A stretch of 64,000 nucleotides of DNA from Leucoraja ocellata (taxonomy: Eukaryota), in assembly GCA_036785375.1 (NCBI GenBank), contig JAWMAR010000134.1, forward strand, positions 62,001-126,000, read 5' to 3'. Shown here one piece after another: positions 52,471-64,000 of the stretch. The notes below the pieces were generated by a model. It was not told the DNA's origin and made no database searches. It saw nothing but the letters and a program-made list of their open reading frames with translations. The position numbers and the translations under genes were made by a program. Numbering within the stretch: the first letter of the stretch is position 1; the number at the start of each line of letters is the position of its first letter.

Positions 52471-55400
52471 CAATTCCATAGACACTAGTTCTCGGAAATA
52501 GTCGCGGCTTCATTCTGGTCGGCGCTAATTTTTCAATATGTTGAAATGACTGGAATTAAGCCGCCATGGAGAGTAGCGAGAATTCTCATGCTGTAGGTGC
52601 AGTGGTAGTGGGTCGCCAGGAGGTCGTAGGTTCTCGTAGGTTGTAGCTGGTGCTGACTGGTGAATTTCATTGGCTCATTGGGGAACAAAATGTAAACAAT
52701 AGTTTTCAGAACCAAGGATAACCGACCATTAATGTTAATGTCCGCCAAGCTTCACAGGCTTCTCTGGCTTCTTAAAAGTTGTCTCCCCCCTTCTCCCCTC
52801 CTCTCCCCCTCTTTTAAAGGACTTAAGTGACCCTTCCCGTACACTGTGCTTTCACCGTCTTAATTACAGCGCCAACCTTCCAGTTCATCGTGGTGTGTGT
52901 CTGTATCACATTGCTTTTGCACCGTGTGAATGTCACTCAGACAGCGCTCCCCCTGCTTGCCCTGTCCCCCGCCTGCATAACTGGCTGGAGAAGGAAGCGG
53001 TGTGTGTGTGTGTGTTCCACTCTGACAGTCGCCGTTCCAGTCGCCGTTTTTTCAGAGACCTGCTACGACTTGACAGTCGCCTGAAAAATCGCCTAAGTGG
53101 GACAGGCCCATAAAGGAGAGGACAGAGAACGCAGCCTTGCGGTGCTCCTATGCTGAGGGTCTGCGGGTCCGAGATGTGCTTTCCCAGCCTCACATGCTGC
53201 TTCCTGTCAGTCAGGAAGTTGGTGATCCACTGACAGAGGGGTTCAGGCACAGTCAACTTGGAGAGTTTGGAGTGTAGTAGCTCTGGGACAATGGTGTTGA
53301 ATGCAGAGCTAAAATCAACAAACAAAATCCTTGCATAGGTCCCCTGACGGTCTAGGTGCTGCAGGATGAAGTGCAGGCCTAGGTTGACAGCTTCATCCAC
53401 AGGTCTATTGGGCGGATATGCAAACTGCAGAGGGTCCAGCTTGTGATATTTTTCAGCTTGGCCAGCATAAGTCTTTCAAGGGTCTTCATGACTACAGAGG
53501 TCAGTGCGACAGGCCTGTAGTCATTAAGACCAGTAATCCTTGCCTTTTTCGGTACAGGGACAACAGTGGAGACTTTGAAGCAGGCAGGGACAGTACATGT
53601 TTGCGGGGCCAGGTTAAAAAATGTCTGTATAGACCGGTGCCAGCTGTTTGGCACAGAGCTTAAGAGTAGAGGGGGAAACATTGTCAGGTTCTGGAGGTTT
53701 CTGGCTTTTTTGTCTTTTGAAAATCCTCTCCACCTTCTCTATTTTTATTGTTGATATTGTATACATGATGTTTTGCAGCACAGAGGGTGTGGGCGATTGA
53801 GTGTGAAGTGGTGATTGGAGGGGGGTGGGTGTAGAAGGGCCCAGTCTTTGCAGACTGACGTCAGACTGTGAGTGGGTGTGAAGTGTCGATTGGGGTGGAA
53901 AATGGTCCAGTCTTTTCATACTGGAGTCTTGCCTTAAGTAGGTGTGAACTGGTGAATGGGAAGGAGAAGGTACAGAGTCCATTCTTCGCAGACTGGTGTC
54001 TGGCTGTGTTGGTTGGGGAGGGGGCACCAGGGTTATGTTTCTGATTTTCAAACCTGCAGTAAAACTCATTCAGGTCATTGGTCAGCTGACGATTGTCCAA
54101 AGAGCGGGGGGCTTTCCTCTTGTAGCTGGTAATTTCTTGCAAGCCCTTCCAAATTGAAGAAGAGTCACTAGGTGAGAACTTGCTCCTCAGAGTACCTTTC
54201 CTTGGCAGCTCTGATTCCTCTTCTCCGCTTGTACTTGGCCTGCCTGTAGAGGTCTGCATCCCCGCTCCTGTAGGCCTCATCTTTAGATTGTTGGAGCTGT
54301 CTGACTTCTGCAGTGAACCAGGGCTTGTTGTTGTTGAACCACGTCCGGGTCTTAGTTGGAATGCAATTGTCCTTGCAAAAGCTGACATATGATGATACAG
54401 TGTCCGTACACGCATCAAGGCTTGTGGTTGCTTCCCTGAACACATTTCAATCCGTGCAGTCAAAGCAGGATTGTAGGTTCTCAATGCCCTCGCTTGTCCA
54501 CCTTTTTGTTGTTCTGACCACAGGCTTAGCAGCTTTTAGTTACTGCCTGTAGGTCGGAATAAGGTGAACTAGACAATGATCAGATATGGTTGGACTCAGG
54601 GGTTATCATGTTGGCAGATGTAAAATACCCTGATTAGATATTGACTGACTGGAAATAGCTTGTTTTATCACTTGACAAGAGGGAGGGGGAACAAAAAGCT
54701 CAGCTGCAGTTTTTCCACATTGGGTCTGGCTTGAGTGGAAATTTCTGGATGCATGTGCTCCATATACTCAGCACAACTGAGGCAAATGCTGTCACAATCA
54801 TAATTTTATTCGCCCAAACTGGATTTCAACATTGCAGGTGGTCAACATCTAATGAAAGGCCGACATGCGAACATCTCATGTAGGAAAACCTTTTTTCTGA
54901 ATTGAAAATTACAATTTTTTACCAGAAAATATACATGACTGTAAATTGTGATTTTAATTGATACAATAGTATTTAAGGATACCTAAATTAGGTCTTGTTT
55001 TATGCTGTCAAAAACCTGTTAAATTTTTAAATAAAAACAAATGTTGAGTGGCTCCATACAAATATTGTTAAGCATGAATCTACGTACAACATGACTTCTT
55101 GGAATATCATTATCACTGTTCAACATAGTGTGTTAATAATAATAGCCTCCTTGTTCCATGAACAAATGTTGTATAACGTTAGTACCTCCACCAATATAAA
55201 GCACTTTGGCCAACGAGAGTTGTTTTTTAATTGTGCTATAGAAATAAAAGTGACTTGACTTGTTCAATTCCTCATATGTCTTAGCTTCAACTTAAATGGT
55301 GTGAAATATTTATTCCACAATATCACAGAATGTAAAACCAATTTATTGAATTGTCTCATTCTGATAGCCTTGGGTGCCAGCATGTGTTCTAACTAAATGT

Positions 55401-56763
55401 ATAAAATCATTTGAGTACAATTTTTTAAAACACTTTAAAAATACTAACTCTCAGGTTATCTGCTGAGGAATCCTTATTTTATATTTTCATCTCAAAAAAT
55501 ACTTAATTGTATTGTGTGCGATTAGCTTTGATGCATTAGTCCTGTTAAATTAATTCTATGAATTGCTCCTGAGGAAAGGACTGAGAACTAAGCAAATGAG
55601 TTACTGCATCATGATCATTTCCAAAGTGGATAATAGTGGCTTTGTAAGGCAAATTGTTGCAGGAAGTAAATCAACCGACGATTTAAAAAAATTAAAGCTC
55701 TTTAAAAGGCCTGTATTTTTTTTCTTTTTGTCTGCTGTATATCAAACAACCCATGGAACAATGCAAGTATTTGTGGAGAGTATGTTTTCATGGTTTTCTC
55801 TGCTGCCCAAATGGTGGAACTATGTTTACATATTCTCAGAAAATTTGGAAACATTATGAATATGCATGTTTTAATAATGGTGAGATAAATTTTGTTTTTG
55901 ATAAAGTCAGTTTAAAAAATGGTGAAAGTAAACATTAGATTTTAAAGAGTGATTTATTTTGTGATTTATAGTACCTTATCATTGATGTTCTAAAACTAAA
56001 ATGCATTCATAAAGTGATAACACCAGATGCCATTTGAAATGTAGACTCAGTTCCAGAAAATTAAGAGGTTGGTTATTTATAACAACCACATTACAACTAG
56101 AACAAATGAAATAAACAGAAAAGTCCTGATAACATAAAAAAAACAGCAAAAGCTGGAAAACAGATAACATTAGCCAGCAATTAAAAGGGATTTTAATATT
56201 TTAGATATGATCTTTGATTGGTTTTCCTGTTTTCTCAATTTTCAACATCCTTGTTCTCGCAAGCATACACAGCCATTCAGAATTTCACACATCTTTGGAT
56301 AAATTCATTAAAATGTTAGACCCAAATTATTAATTCCAGAGAACTATTATTATTATTATCATAGAACTAAACTACACTGGCAGAGCGGTACAAATATCCT
56401 TGTTAAATCATTCAAAGTCAATCAGACATGCTTCCAGCAAGGAAAAATTGGATAAAGGTACAATCATTTGGGCAGCAGAGAAAAAAAAGCTCGAACAGAC
56501 AGACAAAACTTCATTATTCAGTAAATAAAATTGGTAAACAATAACTCATGGTGAGCATATGGAGCTTGAAAGGGTTAGGAAAGGGTGGGGAGAAAATTGA
56601 AGAATGGGGTAGCCCCAAAAGTGGAAACAGAAGAAAATGGCAAGTAAGAAATTGAAGAAAAAACGCAGCTATTGGCAGTGGCCATGTTGGGAGAGAGGCA
56701 ATGATGAAGTGGTGCTGTTTGAGGGTGAGTGCATTACTGAGGCTTTGGCTCGAGGCAGTTTGC

Positions 56764-57900
56764 CACCTCACCTTTCAAAAAACTTGATCAAGTTAGTAAG
56801 GCAAGACCTGCCATATACCAAGCCATGCTGACTATCCCTAATTAACCTATTCTCTCCCTAATGGCAGTAAATTGTATCCCGAAGAATGCTCTCCATAGCT
56901 TCCCTACCGCTAACATGAAGTTCAGCCTATTTTTCCTGGATTCCTTCTACTTCCCTTCTTAAATAAAGGTACACCATTCGCTATTCTAGTCCTCCAGGAC
57001 CTCACCTGTGGAAAGATCTTCGTCAAGCCTCCCGTAATCTCGCCTCTTGCCTCTCTCAATAACCAGGGATAGATCCTGAGGATTCATCCACCTTAGTGCT
57101 CTTCAAGAGCCCTAACATCACCTCCTCCTTAATCTCAAACTGCCCTTGAATATTAGTATTATTCTCCATACTGATCCCACTATCTTCCATGTCCTTCTTA
57201 AAAACAGATGCAATGTCCTTGTTTATAATCTCACCTATATCCCCAGACTTCAAGCACAAATTCCCATCTTTATCCTTGAGCAGTCCTACCTTCTCATTTT
57301 TACCCTCTTTTTTAATGTAGGTATAAAAAGCTTTGCGATTTACTTTAATCTGACTTGCCAAAGCCACTTCCTGGCTCCTTTTGGCCCTTGTAATTGCCCG
57401 CTTTGAATTCCTTCCACCTTTCTTTATACTCCTCAAAGACCCAGGCTGATTCCATCCTCTTAAACCCTTTTCTTTTTCACCAAATTTGTAATCTGTTTGG
57501 TTCCAAGGTTCCCTTCCTTATCCCTCCTTCCAGAACATGGCAGTCCTGAACTTCGATCAATGGGCCTTTTAACGACTCCCACATGTCAGATGTGGACTTG
57601 CTCAATAACAACTGCAACCAATGTGCCTCCCCGGGCTCCGGTGTAATAACGTTGTTGTTTGCCTTGTTCTGATTTACTACTTTCCCACATGGTCCAGCCT
57701 TCCCCCTATCAAAACAATCTTAAAACATATGGAGTTGTTATCACGATCCCCCAAAATGCTCCTCCTCTGTAACACCAGTCACCTGGCCAGGCTCATTTCC
57801 CAATACCAGGTCCGGTATGTTCATTCTCTTCCCAATAATTGCCTCAGCGGACAAACCCTCCAGTATGTTCTCTCTGAGTGCCACCATGACAGTCTCCCTG
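56764..57900 (-). mobile_element. Degraded CR1 (endonuclease end to RT start)
   Basis: DLVLGNEPGQV...EHFGGS, KAFYTYIK, VGLLKD, QHG...SCLTNL. Confidence 0.75.
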
Positions 57901-57904
57901 AATA

Positions 57905-58425
57905 CCCTATTTGGAGTATTATGTGCAGTACTCGTCACCCCATTGGAGGAAGGATATGGCGGCTTTGGAAAGGGTGCAGAGGAGGTTTACCAGAATGATG
58001 CCTGGATTTGGGGGTATTAGCTTTGGGGAGAAGCTGGACAGACAAAGATTGTTTTCTCTGGAATGCTGGAGGTTACGGAGAGCCCTGATAGAAGTATATA
58101 AAATTATGAGAAGCATAGATCGGGTAGACAATTAGAACTTTTTTTTCGCAGGAAAGATTCTTGAGGGCATAGCTTTAAATGAGAGGGACAAAGTTTAAAG
58201 AAGATGTGCATGGCAAGTTTTTACACCTAGTATGGTGAGAGCCTGAAACACAATGGTGGTTGAGGCAGATACAATAGATGCATTGAAGTGACTTTTCTAT
58301 CGGTGAATGGATTTGCAAAGAATGGAGAGACATGGATCATATGGCAGATAACAGTTGGTTTTGACATCATGTTCAGCACAGACATTGTGGGCGATGGATA
58401 TGTTCTTGTGCTGTACTGTTCTCTG
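57905..58425 (+). mobile_element. CR1 3' fragment
   Basis: EYYVQYSSPHWRKDMAALERVQRRFTRM...LIEVYKIM; gtgctgtactgttct tail. Confidence 0.8.
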
Positions 58426-59887
58426 CTTAAAAAATCATGAGAAAAATTATGCAGTAGGCAATAAATAAAAATTAGAGCTAAACCCTGCACAATGATAAAT
58501 ACAAGCTGAGCTACTTGTAGTGTGAGTAATGTGTCAGTACAAAATCTGATACGAACTGTCGCATGCTGCCAAAGCTGTGAACTAGTCCTTGCTCTCCTAA
58601 TTTTCAGGTGTCCTGCTTGGTGTTATCAAGTATGTTTAAAAAATGCATCGTAGAAACAAAATTCCAGGTATGGCTTCAATAATGCAAATATTGTTTAAAA
58701 GAAGAATGTTTTTTTTGTCTTATTTTATTGAAGTGGCATTTTTGTGGCATTTTTAGAAAAATCGTGAACGATTGTATTCCTTCGAATATATAACTTTTGG
58801 ATACACAATTCATGATATACATTTAGCAACACATGACAATTAATGCATCAACAGTGGTGACTAACATACAGTGGAGACGGTAATTATAACTTCTCCCTTA
58901 AATGCTGGGCTACCATTTTGGATACAGGAGTCCTATATCCAAATACATTCTAGGTCAGCTTCAACTTACTTTTATAATACTTGCAGACAACAATCAAGTA
59001 GACGTATATGCTTTGTGAGAAAATGGCCTCCAGCAGTGGGATGCATGGGTAAGCACAGGGGAAATCAAGTGACAGTAATCTTGATGTTAATTCTGGGTCA
59101 CCACATAATAGTGGTTGCAGGCTTTCTCTTGGAAAGCTTTTTCTTTCTTGGTGTAATCATTTTTCCAAGAAGGTGTCAATCCAAACTAGTGTCACTAATA
59201 TTTGCACAAGACATGTTTTTTCAAAATATTTACACGGTGTGATTGATATTTCGCACGTCCTGCCAGAGGAGGTGGTGGCAGTGCGTTCGAGATATCATTC
59301 AGATACAATAGCACATTTAAAAGGTACGTAGACAAGTATCTGAATAGGCAAGGCACAGGATGATACCGATCTAATATGGGCAAGTTAGTGCGAGATGAGC
59401 AAAATGGTGGTGGGTGGGCTGAAGGACATGTTTCTATGCTGTGCAGCTCTGACTGTAAGACCTTATGCCTAATCTAAGGTCACAATTGCACAGCCTCGAC
59501 TATTTCAGAGCAGCAAAGTCATAGGAAGAAGAATGTTTGCAGACCATAATAAACAGACATCCTATTTAGTTTTGACATAGAATTCACCAAGATGTCTTTA
59601 GGACCTCTCGCTTTGCTCCAGCTGCAAGTAATGGCAGAACTCTTAAACTTCCACGTTGAAGAAAACTCTATCTCATTCTGGAAGAAAATGGTCACTGCAC
59701 TTCCAAACTCATAAATTATCCAGCCAAGAGTTATAGCTTACTAACATGAAATCGACTTGTTTACTCCTACTCTTCATTTTTTTTACCATTCTCTATTACT
59801 ATTCTCTCCACGTAACTGTATTAAATCATTACTTTGGGTAGTAACCTTTTTATGTGGCACCTTTTTAAACAACGTTTGGAAATATAA

Positions 59888-60032
59888 AGGTAGACAGAAA
59901 TGCTGGAGAAACTCTGTGGGTTTCGGCCCGAAACGTTGCCTATTTCCTTCACTCCATAGATGCTGCTTCAGCTGCTGTGTTTCTCCAGTATTTTTGTCTA
60001 CCTTCGATTTCCCAGCATCTGCAGTTCCTTCT
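59888..60032. mobile_element. Palindromic Penelope-derived element
   Basis: aggtagacagaaatgctggagaaac / gtttctccagtatttttgtctacct arms; centre tttcggcccgaaacgttg. Confidence 0.75.
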
Positions 60033-61305
60033 TAAATATTTGGAAATATAAAGTTGCACTTTATCAACCCTAGTAGGTAAATTGTTATGCTTTATTAAAT
60101 GCTCAGTAATCACTTCCTTAATAAAAAATAAATCTTACAAAAAGCAGTACACTAACTGTCAACAACCAACAATTCTGGAAACAACTTGTTTTGTGTCCAA
60201 GTATTCAGTAACACTGCAGGGATTATGCAAAGCACATTACACAGTACTTCTGTATCGTTGTGTTTAGTCTAACAATTTTGTCATTGATTGTTCTAGGCTG
60301 TTCTTTTGTCTTTTAGACCACCAGTTTTTTTTTCTTGTCTGCCAGCATCTTTCTCAATTGTCCCATGATAAGATACTTTTTCTTAAAATCATGTTTGTTA
60401 GTGGTGGTTACTAGTATTCCTTGCCTGTTTGCTCAAATCGGATATCTCACTGAACATGAAAATATACCATAAAAGATATTCTTAATAAATATAAACTCAG
60501 AAAATGTTTACTGTTGTATTCATCAATGATTTGAGTGGTATTTTTGTTGAGCTATTATCCTTAGACAGAAGTTGAGGTTAATTTGTATGAAATAAATATC
60601 TTGGAAATAAGCAAAAAATGCTGCAGTTACACAGCAAATCTGTCAGCACCTAAAAAAAGACTACTTCTCCAGCTAGTTTATCTGTTATTACCTGGATATT
60701 TGATCAATATTTGAACGGAAAAGACAGTTAAAAGAAGCAGCTACTCAAATTAATTGAAAAATATTCCTGATAAATATTAAGTGAGGAGAGAGGATGTGCG
60801 TTGCAAAATCGTTCACATGGAAATATAGATGACAGAATATTACAGCTTTAGCCCACAATGTCTGTCAACTTGCTACTCAATTAAATTAATTCCTTGTGCC
60901 TGCACATGATCTATATCCCTTCTATGCATTAGCATGTGCCCCTCTAAAAGCCTCTTTAACACCACTGTTGCATTTGCTTCCACCACTAATTCTGACAGTG
61001 TATTCTAGGACCTACCCCTCATTGGGTGTAAAAAAAACACTTGCCTTGCACATCACCTTTAAACTTGTCCCCTCTCCTTTTATATGTTACATTTCCACCT
61101 TGGGAAAAAGATTCTGACTCAAAATTTTATAAACTTCTATCAGATCTCACCTCAGTCTTCGATGCTCTAGGCCAGGGTTGGGGAACGTTTTCATGATGGA
61201 ATGCCGCATTAAGTTAGCTGTAATCTAATAAGGCTGCGTCCAAGAAACTTCAATTGGATATACTTCAAAATGTACATTATTTTGTAAAAATCTAACTACT
61301 ATGTA

Positions 61306-63491
61306 CTAACTTCAAGAAAGTTCGTTGGGATGGAGAGTGGCATTGTTAATTCAGAAACAAGGGTCCTGAATTTAAAGAAAGGTGACTTTGAGGGTATGAG
61401 ACGTGAATTGGCAAAGATAGACTGGCAATTGATTCTTAAAGGGTTGACGGTGGATAAGCAAGGGAAGGCATTTAAAAACTGCATGGATGAACTACAACAA
61501 TTGTTCATCCCAGTTTGGCAAAAGAATAAATCAGGGAAGGTAGTGCATCTGTGGATAACAAGGGAAATCAGGGATAGTATCAAAACAAAAGATGAAGCGT
61601 ACAAATTAGCCAAAAAAAAAGCAGCCTACCAGAGGACTGGGAGAAATTCAGAGTCCAGCAGATGAGGACAAAAGGCTTAATTAGGAAAGGGAAAATAGAT
61701 TATGAAAGAAAACTGGCAGGGAACATAAAAACTGACTGCAAAAGGTTTTATAGATATGTGAAGAGGAAAAGATTAATTAAAACAAATGTAGGTCCCTTGC
61801 AGTCAGAAACAGGCGAATTGATCATGGGGAACAAGGATATGGCAGACCAATTGAATAACTATTTTGGTTCCGTCTTCACTAAGGAAGACATAAATAATCT
61901 GCCGGAAATAGCAAGGGACCAGGGATTAAATGAGATGGAGGAACTGAGTGAAATCCAGGTTAGCCGGGAAGTGGTGTTAGGTAAATTGAATGGATTAAAG
62001 GCCGATAAATCCCCAGGGCCAGATAAGTTGCATCCCAGAGTACTTAAGGAAGTAGCTGCAGAAATAGTGGATGCATTAATGATAATTTTTCAAAACTCTT
62101 TAGATTCTGGAGTAGTTCCTGAGGATTGGAGGGTAGCTAATGTAACCCCACTTTTTAAGAAGTGAGGGAGAGAGAAAACGGGGAATTACAGACCAGTTAG
62201 TCTAACATCGGTGGTGGGGAAAATTGTGGAGTCATTTATTAAAGATGGGATAGCAGCACATTTGGAAAGTGGTGAATTCATTGGACAAAGTCAGCATGGA
62301 TTTATGAAAGGTAAATCATGTCTGACGAATCTTATAGAATTTTACGAGGATGTAACTAGTAGAGTGGATAAGGGAGAACCAGTGGATTTGTTATATCTGG
62401 ACTTTCAGAAGGATTTCGACAAGGTCTACTTTCTAAGAGATTAGTATGCAAACTTAACGCACATAATATTGGGGGTTCAGTATTGATGTGGATAGAGAAC
62501 TGGTTGGCAGACAGGAAGCAAAGAGTAGGAGTAAACGGGTCCTTTTCAGAATGGCAGGCAGTGACTAGTGGGGTACCGCAAAGCTCAGTGCTGGGACCCC
62601 AGCTATTTACAATATATATTAATGATCTGGATGAGGGAATTGAATGCAACATCTCCAGGTTTGCAGGTGACACAAAGCTGGGGGGGGCAGTGTTAGCTGT
62701 GAGGGGGATGCTAGGAGACTGCAAGGTGACTTGGATAGGTTGGGTGAGTGGGCAAATGCATGGCAGATGCAGTATGATGTGGATAAATGTGAGGTTATCC
62801 ACTTTGATGGCAAAAACAGGAAAGTAGACTTATCTGAATGGTGGCTGATTAGGAAAAGGGGAGATGCAACGAGACCTGGGTGTCATGGTACACCAGTCAT
62901 TGAAAGTAGGCATGCAGGTGCAGCAGGCAGTGAAGAAAGCAAATGGTATGTTAGCATTCGTAGCAAAAGGATTTGAGTATAAGAGTAGGGAGCTCTGTTG
63001 TAGTTGTACAGACCACACCTGGAGTATTGCGTACAGTTTTGGTCTCCTAATCTGAGGAAAGAGAAGGTTCACCAGACTGATTCTGGGATGTCAGGACTTT
63101 CATATGAAGAAAGACTGGATAGACTTGGCTTGTACACGATAGAATTTAGAGGTTGGACATGCTAGATGCAGGAAGATTATTCCCGATGTTGGAGAAGCCC
63201 AGAACTAGGGGTCACAGTTTAAGGATAAGAGGGAAGTCTTTTAGGACCGAGATGAGAAAATAATGTTTTACACAGAGAGTGGAATTCTCTACCACAGAAG
63301 GTAGTTGAGGCCAGTTCATTGGCTATATTTAAGAGGGAGTTAGATGTGGCCCTTGTGGCTAAAGGGATCAGTGGGTATGGAGAGAAGGCAGGGATGGGAT
63401 ACTGAGTTGGATGATCAGCCATGATCATCTTGAATGGCGGTGCAGGCTCGAAGGGCCAAATGGCCTACTCCTGCACCTAATTTCTATGTTT
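61306..63491 (+). mobile_element. 5'-truncated CR1 LINE
   Basis: KSPGPDKLHPRVLKE, WRVANVTPLFKK, QHGFMKGKSCLTN, YLDFQK; (TTTCTATG)2 tail; possible TSD CTATGTA at 61299-61305 and 63492-63498. Confidence 0.93.
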
Positions 63492-63538
63492 CTATGTAAA
63501 ATGAAAACATTTTGTTAATTCTGAAGATAACTAAACTT

Positions 63539-64000
63539 TTAATGACTTTGTTGTGACTGCTTTTTGTGGGAAAGTATTTGAATATTTGGTTGCAACATGG
63601 AGATATGCAGTTTCAGCTGATCTTCTAGATGGATATCTGTCATTTGAGACCATAAGTGCGTCTTGATTTGGGTTGGGTAGGAGAATGTAGATTCGCATCA
63701 ATGAGTGGTTGAAAAGCAAGAAAGCATTTGTTGTGCATGTTGCCGAAGACGTGGGCATTCTACTGCATTTTTCCATATTTCAATCGGATCATTCTTAGTG
63801 TCAAATAAGGACTTTAAAATGTTATCTTCTGAGAGCTCAATCAATTCCATCTGTAGTTCTTTAGGAGCCTTGGAGACATCAACTAGGTGAGGTTCAAATG
63901 CAAATTTGAGTGTGATGTCATGATTCTCAAAGTCAGTGAACCTTTCATTGTATTCTTTAATAAGTCTATAACAGCTGCGTATTCTTCAAATGATTCGCAT
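63539..64000 (-). pseudogene. hAT transposase C-terminal dimerisation domain remnant
   Basis: My translation: ...ERFTDFE...APKELQMELIELSED...FSTTH*CESTFS...MTDIHLEDQLKL...QPNIQILSHKKQSQQSH*; internal stop. Confidence 0.85.

Larger units (their letters stand above)
45317..53110. mobile_element. PIF/Harbinger MITE (pieces 45317-45435 and ~52489-53110)
   Basis: TIRs tggacccgtaccacttaggcgattt / aaatcgcctaagtgggacaggccca; TAA TSD at 45314-45316 and 53111-53113. Confidence 0.85.
44397..54590 (-). mobile_element. Rex1/Babar LINE split into 53111-54590 and 44397-45316
   Basis: [43 protein letters not shown]|YSLYTNDC, FADD; the halves rejoin at a duplicated TAA. Confidence 0.9.
61173..64000 (-). mobile_element. 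hAT (Charlie/SPIN-like) DNA transposon, 3' part, interrupted by CR1 and running off the window
   Basis: Terminus CAGGGTTGGGGAAC preceded by 8-mer CTCTAGGC; transposase C-terminus at 63539-64000. Confidence 0.75.

Overview
Eukaryotic, repeat-dense non-coding DNA (intergenic or intronic), most likely from a cartilaginous fish such as a skate, ray or shark; this is inferred from an HE1/V-SINE-type element and the CR1/L2/L1/Rex-Babar/Penelope mix. No intact host gene is recognisable. The long ORFs are LINE reverse-transcriptase remnants, a hAT transposase relic or spurious frames in GC-rich MITEs. Highlights: (1) a ~140-nt SINE starting with a compact HDV/CPEB3-like ribozyme fold (42630-42683, minus); (2) about ten palindromic Penelope-derived elements whose centre carries a decayed minimal hammerhead core; (3) a four-level nested transposon stack at 44397-54590 (Rex-Babar > Harbinger MITE > CR1 + L1 > Tc1/pogo MITE) whose three main insertions keep readable target-site duplications (TSDs); (4) Tc1/pogo-type MITEs sharing ends but with unrelated CpG-rich fold-back interiors, one with a tRNA-Met-like cassette; (5) a 2.5-kb Harbinger element with unexplained cargo. 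Two assembly gaps lie at 18154-18315 and 18511-18679. All calls were made by eye, without database searches.
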